Assembly (NCBI GenBank): GCA_026770705.1 | Contig: JANJGN010000016.1 | Span: forward strand, 37,510,001 to 37,574,000 | Direction: 5' to 3' | Length of the DNA: 64,000 nt | Origin: Isurus oxyrinchus | Taxonomy: Eukaryota | Shown: in pieces, positions 1 to 13,850 of the stretch | Layout of the letters: the number at the start of each line of letters is the position of its first letter | Position numbering within the stretch: the stretch's first letter is position 1 | Notes under the pieces: model-generated | Database searches by the model: none | What the model was told of the DNA's origin: nothing | The model's input: the letters and a program-made list of their open reading frames with translations, nothing else | Made by a program: the position numbers and the translations under genes

Positions 1-400
1 GCCATTGTGAGATTTGAACTCTTGATCTTAGGGTTACAAACCCAGTACCATAACCACTTGGCTATTTAGGCCAAGCTAAAGCTGTAACTCTTTCGAGCAC
101 AAACCCGTTTCCATCTGTTTCAGATGAAGTTACATTGTTTCATAGTTTGCCATTGTGAGATTTGAACTCTTGATACTCTTTCGAGCACAAACCCATTTCC
201 ATCTGTTTCAGATGAAGTTACATTGTTTCATAGTTTGCCATTGTGAGAATTGAACTCTTGATACTCTTTCGAGCACAAACCCATTTCCATCTGTTTCAGA
301 TGAAGTTACATTGTTTCATAGTTTGCCATTGTGAGATCTGAACTCTCAATCTTGGGGTTACAAACCCAGTACCATAACCACTTGGCTATTTAGGCCAAGC
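1..400 (-). repeat. Tandem array of a tRNA-derived SINE-head sequence (148-bp unit and 88-bp internally deleted unit)
   Basis: GCCATTGTGAGA recurs at 1, 149, 237 and 325. The minus strand reads TAGCCAAGTGGTTATGGTACTGGG...GAGTTCAAATC (A-box/B-box-like), similar to the SINE head at ~10930-10985. Confidence 0.8.
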
Positions 401-489
401 GTGGCAACCAGTGTAGGCACAGCAGTTTCTCATAACTAGTAATGCGTTAATGACCAGATGACCTGTATTTGTGATGATTAACTAGGGAC

Positions 490-655
490 ACCAGGGATAA
501 GCACCCTGCCCATCTGAAAGATGGCACCTCCAACAGTGGAGCATCCCCTCAGTACCTCATTGGCGCGTCAGCCTAAATTTTTTGCATTCAAGTCTGAGCG
601 GTACTTGAACCTACAGCCTTCAGACTCAAAGGTAAGAGTGCTGCCAGCTGAGCTG
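490..655 (-). mobile_element. Deu-domain SINE (AmnSINE1/SacSINE1-like), 5' part
   Basis: Minus strand has a tRNA-like head GCTCAGCTGGCAGCACTC...GGTTCAAGT and GGAGGTGCCATCTTTCAGATG, resembling the Deu central domain. Confidence 0.65.
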
Positions 656-769
656 TGAATTATAAAAGGGCGGATTCTTTGGGAGAAAATACTTCCTCAC
701 GGTTCCTCTTCAGAGCTGAACCCACGGAGTGCTCACCCATCAATTTTCTTGTTTGCATAGCTTGACCCT

Positions 770-1050
770 GTATTATTTTATAATTTACACAGCCTCAGGA
801 CATCCCTAAGTGCTTCAGTCAATGAAGTGTTTTTTTTGATGCAGTCACTGTTATCCAAATTGTGCACAGCAATGCTCCCAAGCAACATTGAGACAAATGA
901 CTAGATCATCTGTTTTAGTGAATTTGGTTGAGAGATGTATACTAACCAGGACATTGGGAGAATTTCCCTGCTTCTCTTTGAATAGTCTGAGGACAGAGAG
1001 TACCTCTGTTTAATATCTCATTCAAAAGCACTCAGTACTGCACTGAAGTC
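770..1050 (-). mobile_element. Deu-domain SINE, central/3' part (degenerate)
   Basis: Reverse-complement similarity to the SINE body at 41210-41475. Confidence 0.55.
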
Positions 1051-2136
1051 AAGTTTTTGCAGAACTCTGTTTTACATACTGTGGGCAGAGATGATTTCAA
1101 GCAAAACAAGAATAAAGCCCAAATGTCTATTTAATCCTTATGCTTGGAGTCAAATTTTATTTCTGCATGCAATTAAGATCTGATACTCACATTAGCTAGA
1201 ATAAAACATGAATAGAATTGCTGAATGTGAAATGTCTGCTAGGTCCCAAAAACTTCTGATCCAGGGTGATAACTAATCTGCTCTTTTGACATTCTAAATA
1301 CCTGATTAGAAGAAGAAAACTTGGTGGTTTTGAACATTGCCCTTTTATCTCTGTTACCTGGGTTTGGATCAGAACCAAACTAATAGACCAATAATTTTGT
1401 GAATTCAAACTGACTTTTTATCTCTGGGACCTGGATCAAGTCAGAACTAATGGCCTAAGAAGCTCATGTGTTTTCTTTAGTTATAAATTATAGGGATGGT
1501 GCCTCCCATGTGATGCAGTAGTTGAATTGGGTAATCATGAACCTGTGAGCTAAAAGGCACAAATGCATCACCTGTGCTGTCCAGTTATAAATTGTGACCT
1601 TGTTCTCAAAATGCCTTCTGATATGAGCTGTGGCAAACTAACCAAATACTAGAAAGCACATTTAAATGCAGAGAGAAGTTAATGCTGCCAAGTATTTATT
1701 TCAGCTCAAATTGAATCTTATTCTCATTAATATATAACGTATAGTTCCGTCTTAATCTTGCTGGGGAGACCGTTCATGTTAAGCTTGCTTCTCTATATAA
1801 CCAAGTTTTACGGTTTTATACAATTCAGCATACTGCAGTATTTACCTTTACGGGGAAGAGTGCAAATGAGAAAACATTCTCTTCTCTCATTCCTTCATCC
1901 TGACCTGAAATCTCTGCCACTTTGAAGTTAAAAAGCCTCTTTCATATTGAACCACATTACAGGCCCCAAACATGAATACCTGATATTTCTAGTCAGCAAG
2001 TCCTGAAATGATTTGTTTAAAAAAAGGATGAAGTTCTGTTCTGTTAGCAAAATTCAAACAGGATCTTGATATCAGACTCATTGGGGAAAAGAAGTTTCAT
2101 TGCTCTCAAATGCAACTTTGTATCTTTCTATTACAG

Positions 2137-2185
2137 GCATTTGTTACACAATATTTGATCTAGGATTTCGCTTCGATATAGGATG
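2137..2185 (+). CDS. ATP6V0B: V-type proton ATPase 21 kDa proteolipid subunit c'', coding exon 2
   Basis: ttacag|GCATTTGT...GGATG|gtaagt; 49 nt; encodes (G)ICYTIFDLGFRFDIG(W), matching human VCYTIFDLGFRFDVAW. Confidence 0.96.
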
Positions 2186-2384
2186 GTAAGTCATTTTAAA
2201 GGCAAAATGAAGTTCCCATTTATTTGTAACTATTTAGTTTACCTACAAAGTTGATTGTGTTGATGCAATGTTTATGCTAATCAGAGGTAACTTTCTTTTG
2301 GTAATCCAATCAATTGCTAATAACTTTCTCACTTTCTAAATTGAATTGTGCAGTAACAAGTTTTATAAGGGTGTGCTTTCAATC

Positions 2385-2785
2385 GGGCCTCTTCTATAAT
2401 CCTACAATGCCAGATCATAACTACTCGCTATGTAAGAAGTTTTTCCTGATGTTGCCTTTCGTTCTTTTGCCAGTCAGCTGAAATCAGTGTCTTCTGGTTC
2501 TCAACACTTACACCAAAGGGAACAGTTTCTCTATCTACTCTGTCTAAACACCTCAAGATTTTGAAAACATCTTTCAAATCTCCTTTCAACCATCTCTTCT
2601 TGTAGGAGAATACCCCAGCTTCTCCAGTCTATACATGTAACTGAATTCCCTCATCCCTGGAACCATTCTCCTAAATCTTTTCTGCATCAGCTCTAAAGCC
2701 TTCACATCCTTCCTAAAGTGCGGTATCCTGAATTGCACACACTATTCCAACACAATACCGGCTAAACCAGTGTTTTATAAATAGA
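2385..2785 (-). mobile_element. CR1 (HER1-like) LINE 3' fragment
   Basis: Degenerate similarity to the RT C-terminal region of the CR1 copy at 30621-32575. Confidence 0.7.
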
Positions 2786-3579
2786 GTAACATAGTGTGAT
2801 CATAGTCATTACACCCATTCTCTAGCTAGTGCAGGTTGCTAGAAACCTGGTCCCAAAATTATGCTTTCTAGTTTGCCACTTCATTCTGCTTTAGTATACC
2901 AGGAATTAGCAAATTCAATTCCTCCACCAATTGCTACCTCATTCAGTAATGTAGTCAAGCCCTAATGAAACTCCTTAGACTTTGAAATTTTCTCCCAAAA
3001 CATCTCTATCCCTAAACCTCTTTCCTCCTTTTCAGACTCTTAAAACCCATCTCTTGGAAACAGCTTTTAACATCTCTCCTAAAACTCCTTGGCTTTGTCA
3101 GTTTTTGTTTGAAGCACCTTGGAGTGTTTTTGTATGTTTGTCTTGTCAGATTCAGCTACTGGGCAGTCCTGGACTTTATCCTGGGATTAGAGGTTAGGGG
3201 CCTAGATTTGCTGGTATGGAAAGTATGAAATTTGGCAGCAATTTTCTTGTCTCACTTTTTGGATGGTGAAACCCAATGGCAACTTGACAGAGATAGATAT
3301 TACATCTCGACAATAGATAGGAACCCTTTTCAAACTTTGTTTGAGAATGTTTGAAGAAGTGTCGGTGGGTAAATCAATATTTTACTTTTTTCTCAAATTT
3401 TGTTTCTGCCTAGTGCATCTTCCTTTCCACTACCACAAATGCTACAACATGGTCAGGGCAAAGTGTAGTCAAATTAATTTAAAATGATTTAGGTGAAAGA
3501 TGAAGTTTTTGTGATCTCTGGTATTACATTCAAAGTATCTGCCTGATACTGGGATTCCAGTAGCCTACAAGTTTATTTT

Positions 3580-4180
3580 ATTTTTTTTTTTAATTCATTC
3601 ACGGGATGTGGGCTTCTCTGGCTGGGCCAGCATTTATTGCCCATCCCTAGTTGCCCGTGAGAAGGTGGTGGTGGTGAGCTGCATTCTTGAACCGCTGCAG
3701 TTCATGTAGTGTAGGTACACTGAAAGCGCTGTTAGGAAGGGAGTTCCAGGATTTTGACCCAGTGACAGTGAAAGAACAGCGATATATTTCCAAGCCAGGA
3801 TGGTGAGTGGCTTGGATAGGAACTCCCAGGTGGTGGTGTTCCTATCTATCTGCTGCCCTTGTCCTTCTGGATGGTTGTGGGTTTGGAAGGTGCTGTTGAA
3901 GGGGCCTTGGTGAATTCCTGCAGTGCATCTTGCAGATGGTACACGCTGCTGCTACTGTGTGTTGGTGGTGGAGGGAGTGAATGTTTGTGGATGTGGTGCC
4001 AATCAAGCGGGCTGCTTTGCCTTGGATGGTGTCAAGCTTCTTGAGTGTTGTGGAAGCTGCACTCATCCAGGCAAGTGGGAAGTATTCCATCACACTCCTG
4101 ACTTGCGCCTTGTAGATGGTGGACAAGCTTTGGGAAGTCAGGAGGTGAGTTACTCATCGCACTAGTCCTAGCCTCTGATC
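3580..4180 (-). mobile_element. CR1/L2-group LINE 3' fragment (second family, distinct tail)
   Basis: ORF 3842-4126 IYKAQVRSVMEYFPLAWMSAASTTLKKLDTIQGKAARLIG is an RT C-terminal motif; 3' tail GGGATGGGCAATAAATGCTGGCC...GAATGAAT followed by an A-rich end. Confidence 0.85.
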
Positions 4181-4446
4181 GATCTGTATAGAACTGACCA
4201 TTTCCAGCTGCTGCTCCCTTTTCACTTTGTGTAGATTCTACATCTTCACATTTAGACATTTTTGAAAAAAAATGAAATTCCTAGTTAAATGTTCAAAAGT
4301 TTATTGCATGTTTAATTTTGTTTAATGTTTGAGGTTATCAAAAAGTGGAAGTGAAAGTTGTCGCTGAATCAGCTGAGTCTTCAGGAAGTCTGATAGTGGG
4401 ACAGAGACAAGTTTGGAAATAAAAACCTAGGTTGAAAGTAAGCTGC

Positions 4447-5556
4447 AGACACTATAGGCTGGTTAGCATGAACAGAGGTGCAGACACTATAGGCTGGTTA
4501 GCATGAGCAGATGCGAAGACACTATAGGCTGGTTAGGATGAGCAGATGCAAAGACACTATAGGCTGGTTAGCATGAGCAGATGCGAAGACACTATAGGTT
4601 GGTTAGGATGAGCAGATGCGAAGACACTATAGGCTGGTTAGGATGAACAGATGCAAAGACACTATAGGCTGGTTAGGATGAGTAGATGCGAAGACACTAT
4701 AGGCTGGTTAGCATGAGCAGATGCGAAGACACTATTGGCTGGTTAGCATGAGCAGATGCGAAGACACTATAGGCAGGTTAGCATGAGCAGATGCGAAGAC
4801 ACTATAGACTGGTTAGCATGAGCAGATGCAAAGACACTATAGGCTGATTAGGATGAGCAGATGAGAAGACACTATAGACTGGTTAGCATGAGCAGATGCA
4901 AAGACACTATAGGCTGATTAGGATGAGCAGATGAGAAGACACTATAGGCTGGTTAGCATGAGCAGATGCGAAGACACTATAGGCTGGTTAGGATGAGCAG
5001 ATGCAAAGACACTATTGGCTGGTTAGGATGAGCAGATGCAAAGACACTTTTGGCTGGTTAGCATGAGCAGATGCGAAGACACTATAGGCAGGTTAGCATG
5101 AGCAGAAGCACAGACACTATAGGCTGGTTAGCATGAGCAGAAGCACAGACACTATAGGCTGGTTAGCATGAGCAGAAGCACAGACACTAAAGGCTGGTTA
5201 GCATGACCAGAAGCACAGACACTATAGGCTGGTTAGCATGAGCAGAAGCACAGACACTATAGGCTGGTTAGCATGACCAGAAGCACAGACACTAAAGGCT
5301 GGTTAGCATGACCAGAGGCACAGACACTATAGGCTGGTTAGCATGACCAGAGGCACAAACACTATAGGCTGGCTAGCATGACCAGAGGCATAGACACTAT
5401 TGACTGGCTAGCATGACCAGAGGCACAGACACTATAGGCTGGTGAGCATGAGCAGAGACACAGGCACTATAGGCTGGTTAGCATGAGCAGAGGCACAGGC
5501 ACTATAGGCTGGTTAGCATGAGCAGAGGCACAGGCACTATAGGCTGGTTAGCATGA
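4447..5556. repeat. 35-bp minisatellite, ~32 copies, in ATP6V0B intron 2
   Basis: Unit AGACACTATAGGCTGGTTAGCATGAGCAGATGCGA repeated head-to-tail with no spacers (starts 4447, 4482, ...). Confidence 0.97.
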
Positions 5557-5729
5557 GGCAAGAACAAATACTTCCATGCGGTTCTAATTCAGATCCATGG
5601 TCAGAATGAATCAAAGTTTAACGTGCTCTGTGGGATGGAGGGAGATAGGGAGGAAGGATGTTGCATAACAAGTATTTGTGTCACACTCCTTAAAAGCTTT
5701 ACATGGAGAGAAGAAATAGGAATTAAGGG

Positions 5730-6095
5730 GAGGTGACATAGTGACAATTCAGAGATCCAGGTTAATGTTCTGGGACATGAGTTCAAATACCACCATCTGA
5801 ATTTAATCCAGATTTATCAGTTGAATTTATAAACTAGTCTCCATTATGGTGAGTAGAACAACAACATTGATTGTTGTAAAATCTCCTCTGGTTCACTAAT
5901 GTTCTTTAGGGAAGGAAATCTGTCAAATGTACGTGGTCTGGCCTACATGTGACTCCGTACACACAGCAATATGGTTGACTCTTAATTGCCTTCTGAAATG
6001 ATCGAGCAAACCACTCACTTCAAGGATAGTTAGGCTTGAGCAGCAAATGCTGGTCTTGCCTGCGATGTCCACATCCCATGAAAGAATTTTTTTGA
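5730..6095 (+). mobile_element. tRNA-derived SINE sharing its 3' tail with the LINE at 3580-4180
   Basis: B-box-like GAGTTCAAATAC; tail CAAATGCTGGTCTTGCC...CACATCCCATGAAAGAAT. Confidence 0.75.
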
Positions 6096-7680
6096 AAAAC
6101 ATTGATTAAAGAGCAGTCATCAGATCGTGGTGTGAGAATTGGGGGAGGTTCCTGAAGACTTGGTTGAAAGGATGGATTTGAAGAGGATATTAAAAGGTAG
6201 AGTGATTTAGGCAGGGCATTTTACAGAATCGCATTGACATAGTTTTTAAAGAAGTGGCAGAAATAACAATGAAAGTGTGTATTTTCTTGAAGAATGCTTG
6301 GTGAAATGTTCAGGAAATGGCGTACACTAATATTTGAAACTATAATGGGAGGAATAGTGCTAAATTGAGATACGGAATAATATTTTCTTTAAGCAAGAGA
6401 TTATTGTACTTTGTCACTACCTGTTTCATGAAAAAAAATCTATTACAAAATAGTTACTGTTAAAGTGAATGCTGGTACACTGCAGGAAGGGGAGAAACCG
6501 AGGAAGCAAAACTGGAAGACTTTCTGTGCATGATGGTCTGGTTGAACTGATTTAAAATAATGTACCATGGACTTAATTTTCTAATTTTACCTGTATATAT
6601 TTTATTGTGTTTCGTTGGTTTGGTAACTCCAAGCTCCCCTTTGATAATGGCATTTTCAAAACTTACTTTTTTAAAAGTTTATTAAACAGGAAAAAAATGG
6701 AAATTACCATTCGGTTTTAGGCATCCTCCTTCACCCAATAACACGATTGTAAGATTTGTGGATTTTTGGAGTAATGTGAACCAATAAGGATAGCAGAAGT
6801 GGAGAGGATGGGAGGAGGGTGGTGGGGATGCTTTGCACTGAATAGTGAGGGGGAAAGAAAGTGGGATTACATGGTAAGTTCTGCATTTGAATATAATCAG
6901 GAGATTCATTCCTCCTCTCTATACCCTTCCTCCCTTTGACACATTTTATGATCAGTGAATGCTTGTTTATTTGAACAAAACATGGGAAGATCATGGGGAG
7001 GGAGAGGAAGAAGCATGCAAGAGTTTTATTGCGGACATCGTGCAATTTTTGTACACTGAAAATATACATCAAATCAAGGTGAAATTATCTGTCAGAAACT
7101 ACACTGATTATTGAAATAAAGGCTACTTTAGGAGGAGGCGAATTCCAATCACAATTGAATTAAAATGCAGTACCAGGAATTACAGGTCAACAGATTGAAG
7201 ATAAAGTCTTATGCACCAATCTAAAACTGAGAACTAAATGGTTTCTATTGATATTGAAGGTGTTAAACTCTTGCACTGTCAGTATTTCACAGCTTCTTCC
7301 AGAAGCAGGGTGTGTCCTGATCTTCATGGTAGAATCTTGCTTTAATCTTGTCTCGTGTGTTGTTGTAAAGTTTACTGTTTTTGGTTAAAACAGATGCTGA
7401 ACAATGACCTTGTAAATTGGCTGGCACAATTATTGACATTGCAAATTGGGTTGTTCTGATAAGCATTCTAGATTATCATTTTATTGAAGAAATTACTTCT
7501 ATTTGGTGTACTTTGAGCACCTGATACTGCATAATAATGTGGACAAATAATCCTTGCAGGATTGTACTGTCAGATTGTGGAAATGAATGTTTATAGCTTT
7601 AAAGTAGCCTCTGGTTGCAGCACATTTTGTATGTCATCTCTGTGTATATGTATGTCTGTGTATATATAAATATGTATATC

Positions 7681-8160
7681 TCCTGGACTTTGTGGTATTA
7701 ATGACGGTGAAAATGACAACAGCAACTTCTGCAATATGCACGTGTGTAGCTAAGGACGGAAATCCAGGAGTTCCTGTCACTTATTCTGTGCTTTTCCAGA
7801 GTGTGTGCTTTTGAGATCATCCTTAGAATGCAGTCAATTAGAAATCATTGAACTGATAACTTCCACTCTGCTCTTAGCCTCTCTGTAGAAAAACTTGAAA
7901 ATGTTACACGTTGACTGAGGTTTTATTTGGTTTTTAAACAGGGTACTGAATTCATAATTACTAAACACTATCACTGGCCCTAAAGAGGAATTTTGTATTT
8001 GTTGAATGTCAAATTTTTCCATTATGAAAATTCCACATTTAAGAAAAAGTTGCTTATTTATATTTTATTTTCTATTTTCATATCATAATATGGACCAATC
8101 ATTTACTTTGTTGACATCTGTAAATTTAAAATTGGAAGTGAAGGGATTCAGTGTTTTTTG
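7681..8160 (+). mobile_element. Non-autonomous DNA transposon fragment (same family as 20049-20741)
   Basis: Shares blocks with 20049-20450, e.g. GAATGTCAAATTT..CCATT and TCACTGGCC. Confidence 0.55.
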
Positions 8161-8162
8161 GT

Positions 8163-8430
8163 AAAAGCAAAATAGTGCGGATGCTGGAAATCTCAAACAA
8201 AAGCAGAAAATGCTGGAAAAACTCAGGTCTAGCAGCATCTGTGGAGAGAGAAACAGAGCTAATGTTTCGAGTCCGTTTGACCCGTCAGAGCTAAAGAGAA
8301 ATAGAAATGTGATGAAAGTTATTCTGTTTAAGGGGGGTTGAGCAGGTGAAGCTGGATAGAAGGCCAGTGATAGGTGAGGGCAAAGGAGAGATTGACAAAG
8401 ATGTCATGAGCAAAAGGACAAAGGGAATGG
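8163..8430 (-). mobile_element. Penelope-like element terminal (pLTR) fragment
   Basis: GCTGGAAAAACTCAG..CTAGCAGCATCTGTGGAGAGAG...GTTTCGAGTCC is the reverse complement of the Penelope 3' terminus at 46580-46683. Confidence 0.75.
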
Positions 8431-8719
8431 TTTTGGTTTCTGGCTTGCTGATGGTAAATTCAACCTTTTACCTTTCTATTTTGATATGCTCAATCTTCAT
8501 TAAAAAGAGTATGACAGTGAGACTGGAGAGAATATTGAAATAAATATATTATTGACAAACTTTTGGCATAAGATCTTTCATGTAGACATTTTTAGCTTCA
8601 TATAGGAAGTCACTTTTTGACTCAAACATTTAAGAAAGCTTTTAAGATATACTTGGTACTTCTTTCAAACGCGGAGTGCAGAAATGTGAAGCGATTCATT
8701 TCATGCTAATTTTTTTTAA

Positions 8720-8815
<96 letters not shown>

Positions 8816-8974
8816 TAAGAGTTCTTTCTCATCAGTTCCAGTGACTAGATTTGGCCAGGATGCCCAAAGATCATTCATACATGTAATAACTATTTACACC
8901 TTGAATCATGGATGTTTTTAGACAAAGAAAAATTCCAGGGGGCATCAAGGTGTCCTTTCTATGTTTGATAGAGC

Positions 8975-9406
<432 letters not shown>

Positions 9407-10629
9407 TAATTGTTTTAAAATAGCTCTTAACTCCCGTGTGCTTATTGAAAATAATAAAACTGATTGAAATAATACACCTCTTATGTCAATCAATTGCAAA
9501 CATTTTTGAGCAAGAGGATTTTTCTCTGACAGCTGATCTTAGGGTGCCTGTTGCAAGGAATTAGATGGAGGTGATTGGTTGTCCAGTTAGCCTGTAAAAC
9601 GACAAAGGGGGATATAGCTGTATATCTACTAGGGTAATGGATATGAGTTATGGGAGACTAAGAAAGGGAGAAATAGGATTTTAAATGTAAGTTTTATTTT
9701 TATGAATAGTTAAGATTTTCTACTCATCAGGCTGAAACTAATGTTGAACAGGATAATTGTATTGAGACTTCATTCCAGATAACAGCATTGGCTTTCTACA
9801 GAATTTTCAGTTCACTGTTGGTTTTTGATGCATCTCTGTAGATTTCCAACTAAAGATAAAATGCTGGATATTATCATAATGACCTTCAGCATCTGAAGAG
9901 GGGGAAAAAGTTAATTTTTCAGGCTGACCTTTTATGAGAACTGGAAGATGAATTTCTTTGTTATAATAAACTAAACGAAGGATAAGGGAAAAGTTACATC
10001 AGGTATGCTGACTCTTGTCACAGAGCCAGTTATTATAGTGAACAGTTTGCAGTCACCAAAGAAACACCAGCAGAAGAGTCAGAGTTGCATCAAAGAATGG
10101 AAGGAAGGTAGGCTAATTCACTGGGACAAGAGCAAACTGAAATAATGTGTTTTCAAAGATATGCATAGATAAATGATAATTTTGATTTGTTAGCTCACTG
10201 AAAACTTGACGCCATCGAAGAAATTGTGCATGTAGAAAACAGCACGATTCTGTGTTGGCAGTTTAGTTTGTCTCACCATGAAACAGGAAGATTAACTTAG
10301 CTATTAGCTTGCACAAAGCTTAAAGACTTGTTTTTTGGTTGGGATTAAGATTTTTTTGAGAAGTACTTCATGTCATATAATAAGAATTCATCTTAATGCC
10401 TGGTTTGTTTTGATTAATCTGTCTGTTTCTAGCCTCCTAATTAGTTATTGTACTGTTCAGTTCTTTTGTGTGAAGAAGTCAGTTTAATAATTTACCCTGT
10501 TAGGCAATTTGTCTTCAGTAGTTCATAATGTCATCTGAAGTGGCATGATAAAGTGAAGTCCTACATACTATCTAATAGTAAGCTCACAGTAAAAGGAAGA
10601 ATTGTTTGACCTAGATTGTCAGATTTTTA

Positions 10630-10985
10630 AAAAAAAATTCTCCAGGTGAGGCTTGCTGGCAAGGCCATATTTATTCTTCATTCCTAGTCACCTTAACAAC
10701 TGAGTGGCTTGACGAGCCACTCTCGGAGCATTAAGAATGGACTACATATGGTATGCAGGCTATTTGACATGTGGAATTTTCCTGGAAGGGTGTCTGTGAC
10801 AGGTTCCTTTCCCTGAAGGTTATTAGTTAACCAATTGAGCTTTTAATGACAATTTGGAAACTCTCTCATTTTTTTCAAGTATTAAACAAATTATGAGATT
10901 TATTTAATTCATTTTCATAAATTGACAAGGTGGGGTTTGAATTCATGACCTCAGAGTTGCTAATCCAGTACCATAACCACTCAGA
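10630..10985 (-). mobile_element. tRNA-derived SINE (degenerate)
   Basis: Minus-strand head AGTGGTTATGGTACTGGATTAGC...GAATTCAAACC; tail similar to 12360-12420. Confidence 0.6.
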
Positions 10986-11019
10986 CTGGCAGGAATGGGG
11001 AAAATTTTTCTTGCAGGGA

Positions 11020-11760
11020 GCTAAGCTGTACTGGGATCACTTACTTTCCACACGCATTAATGATTTAGACTTGGAAATTTGAAGTATGTAATCAAAATTT
11101 GCAGATTACGTCAAATTGTGGTGGAGAGGAGGCACAGGGTAGCGCAGTGGTTATAGATAAAAATGTGGAATGTGCACCAATCACACATGATAAATGGACT
11201 TGATGAGTTGGTTTAAGAATGCCAAATGCAATTCTGTAATTGCTGGTTCATTTTGATTGGAATAGGAGGCCACTTATTCTTTGGAAGGTAAGAAAGTAAA
11301 TGGGGTAAAGGAACAGATTTAGGAATATAGATACATAAATCACCAAAAGTAGCAATGCAATTTGATAAGGCCAGTATAAACAAACTACTGGGTTTCATGG
11401 CTACAGGAATAGAATATAAAACCGGAGGGGCAATATTACATTTAATTTAGCCCCTTGGTTAGACTAAATTTGGAGTATTCTGATTTATGTATTGCCAAAG
11501 AGGATATTGAAACACTGAAGAATGTATGGGAAAAAATGTTGTCAAAATTGAGTGGGTGCACCTTTTAGCAAAGGTTGATTAGGCTGGAACTCCTATTTCT
11601 CAAAAAGATAACTAAGAGAACTATTTGAGGCCTTTTTTAAATTTATGAAGGAGTTTGGTAGGGTAGGTATTTGTAGTTAGGTGAATCCATAGCTTACGGA
11701 GTATAAATGCCAGCATTGACCCGAATGACCTGTTTCTGTACTGTACATTCTATACAATAA
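11020..11760 (+). mobile_element. Old CR1 LINE 3' fragment
   Basis: Degenerate RT motifs (SKFADY, GIEYK) and tail remnant CCGAATGACCTGTTTCTGTACTGTAC. Confidence 0.6.
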
Positions 11761-12034
11761 ACTTCGACCAATGTAGAAATGTGTCCTTGCTTGTGGGAGC
11801 TCAGATGTTGAGAATGATTTTGAAAAATATTGAGAACAAACCTGAATTTCAACGCTTTATTCTACATGGAGTTGTGGGGCAGTGCAAGAAGCAGGTCCTT
11901 AGAAAATAAATGTCTGTGCAAATAGGGGTTGACAAATATATTGAGTCGCAAACAGATGAAGATAATCATAATGATGAACAGATAGTAAACGTGGCAGTGG
12001 CCAAGCAGTAGTTCAACAGCAATGTGATTTTTAA

Positions 12035-12136
<102 letters not shown>

Positions 12137-12359
12137 TAAATATGTAGTGATTTGCTCATTTTAATTTTTAATTAGTCTGGGATACATTTGATGTCAAAAT
12201 CTGACCTAACGTGCTTATAAAAAAGGGAGCTGTAATTTCTCTTTCCTTATGTTATTTGAATTTGCATGTAATACTTGCCAATTAGCATACCAATTCCACC
12301 ATGCTTTTATGCAGTCTCCACACTTTGCTGTCTTGAAAAGATGTTCAACAGAGTAAGCT

Positions 12360-12710
12360 TTTTTTATTCGTTTATGGAATGTGGTCAACACTGGTAAGGC
12401 CAGCATTTATTGCCTATCCCTAACTGCCGTTGTTCAGAGGGCATTTAACCACAATTCTGTGGGTCTGAAGTCACATGTGGGCCAGACCAAGTAAGGACAG
12501 CAGATTTTCTTCTCTAAGGGACATTAGTGACCCAGATGTGGTTTTTACAACAATCGGCAATGGTTTCATGGTCATCATCAGACTTTTAATTCCAGATTTT
12601 TATTGAATTCAAATTTCACCATCTGCCAAGGTGGAATTCAAACCCGGGTCCCAGAGCACTACCATGTGTCTCTGGATTACTAGTCCAGTGACAATGCCAC
12701 TATGCCTCAC
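12360..12710 (-). mobile_element. tRNA-derived SINE
   Basis: Minus-strand head GAGGCATAGTGGCATTGTCACTGGACTAGTAATCCAGAG...GGTTTGAATTCC; tail GGCAATAAATGCTGGCC. Confidence 0.8.
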
Positions 12711-12744
12711 AACACAATGGCAATGGTATTGCTAATTGTACATA

Positions 12745-13850
12745 CAAATTAGGAGTTGGCCACTTGACCCCTTGAGCCTGCTTTGCCATTCAATAAGATG
12801 ATGGCTGATCTGATTGTAACATCCACTCCACATTCCTGCCTACCCCGATAACCTTCTTCCCCACCCCTTGCCCCTTATCAAGAATCTGTCTAACTCTGCT
12901 TTAAAAATATTCAAAGACTCTGCTTCCACTGCCTTTTAAGGAAGAGAGTTCCATAGGCCCTCAACCCTCAGAGAAAAAAATTCTTCTCATTTATCTTAAA
13001 TGAGTGACCCCTTATTTTTAAATAGTGATCCCTGGTTCTCGATTCTCCCACAAGAGGAAACATTCTTTCCACATCCACCTTGTCAAGACCCCTCAGGATC
13101 TTATATGTTTCAATCAAGTTGCCTCTTATTCTTCTACGCTCCAGCGGATACAAGCCTAGCCTGACCAGCCTTTTCTCTTAAGACAACCCGCCCATTCCTG
13201 ATATTAGTCTAGTAAACCTCTGAACTGCTTCCAACCCGCTTACGTCCTTCCTTAAATAAGGATACCAATATTGTACACAGCACTCCAAATTTGGTCTCAT
13301 CAATGCTATGTAAAACTGAAGCGTAGCCTTCCTGCTTTTGTATTCAATTCCTCTTGCAATAAATGAAAATCTATTAGCTTTCCTAATTGCTTGCTGTACC
13401 TGCATTCTAACCTTTTGTGATTCGTGCACCAAGGCACCCAGATCTTTCTGCATCCCGGAGCTCTGCAATCTCTCACCATTTAGCTAATTTCTTTTTTATT
13501 TTTCCAGACAAAATAGACAATTTCACATTTTCCCATATTATACTTCATTTGCCAGATCTTTGCCCACTCACTTAACCTAGCTATATCCCTTTGTAGTCTC
13601 CTTATGTCCTCTTCACAACTTACTTCCCTACCGATCTTTGTGTTATCAGCAAATTTAGCAACGATACCTTCGGTTCCTTCATCCAATTCATTTATATAAA
13701 TTGTGAAAAGGTGAGCCCCCAGCACTGATCCCTGTGGCACACCACATGGCACATCTTGCCGATAAGAAAATGACCCATTTATGCCTTCTGTTTCCTGTTA
13801 GCTAGCCAATCTTTTATCCATGCCAATCTGTTACCCCCTGCACTATGAGT
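12745..13850 (-). mobile_element. CR1 (HER1-like) LINE, 5'-truncated
   Basis: ORFs 13480-13752 ([16 protein letters not shown]), 13178-13468 and 12968-13153 (LERRRIRGNLIETYKIL) are consecutive CR1 RT segments. Confidence 0.92.

Noticed and set aside
1-76. Functional tRNA-Thr(UGU) gene on the minus strand
   Set aside because: No convincing acceptor stem; it matches a SINE head elsewhere in the window and sits in a tandem array.
4447-5556. CRISPR array or SP6-promoter vector contamination (unit contains GACACTATAG)
   Set aside because: Units are contiguous with no unique spacers, there are no cas genes, and the context is a vertebrate intron. Only 10 nt match the SP6 promoter.
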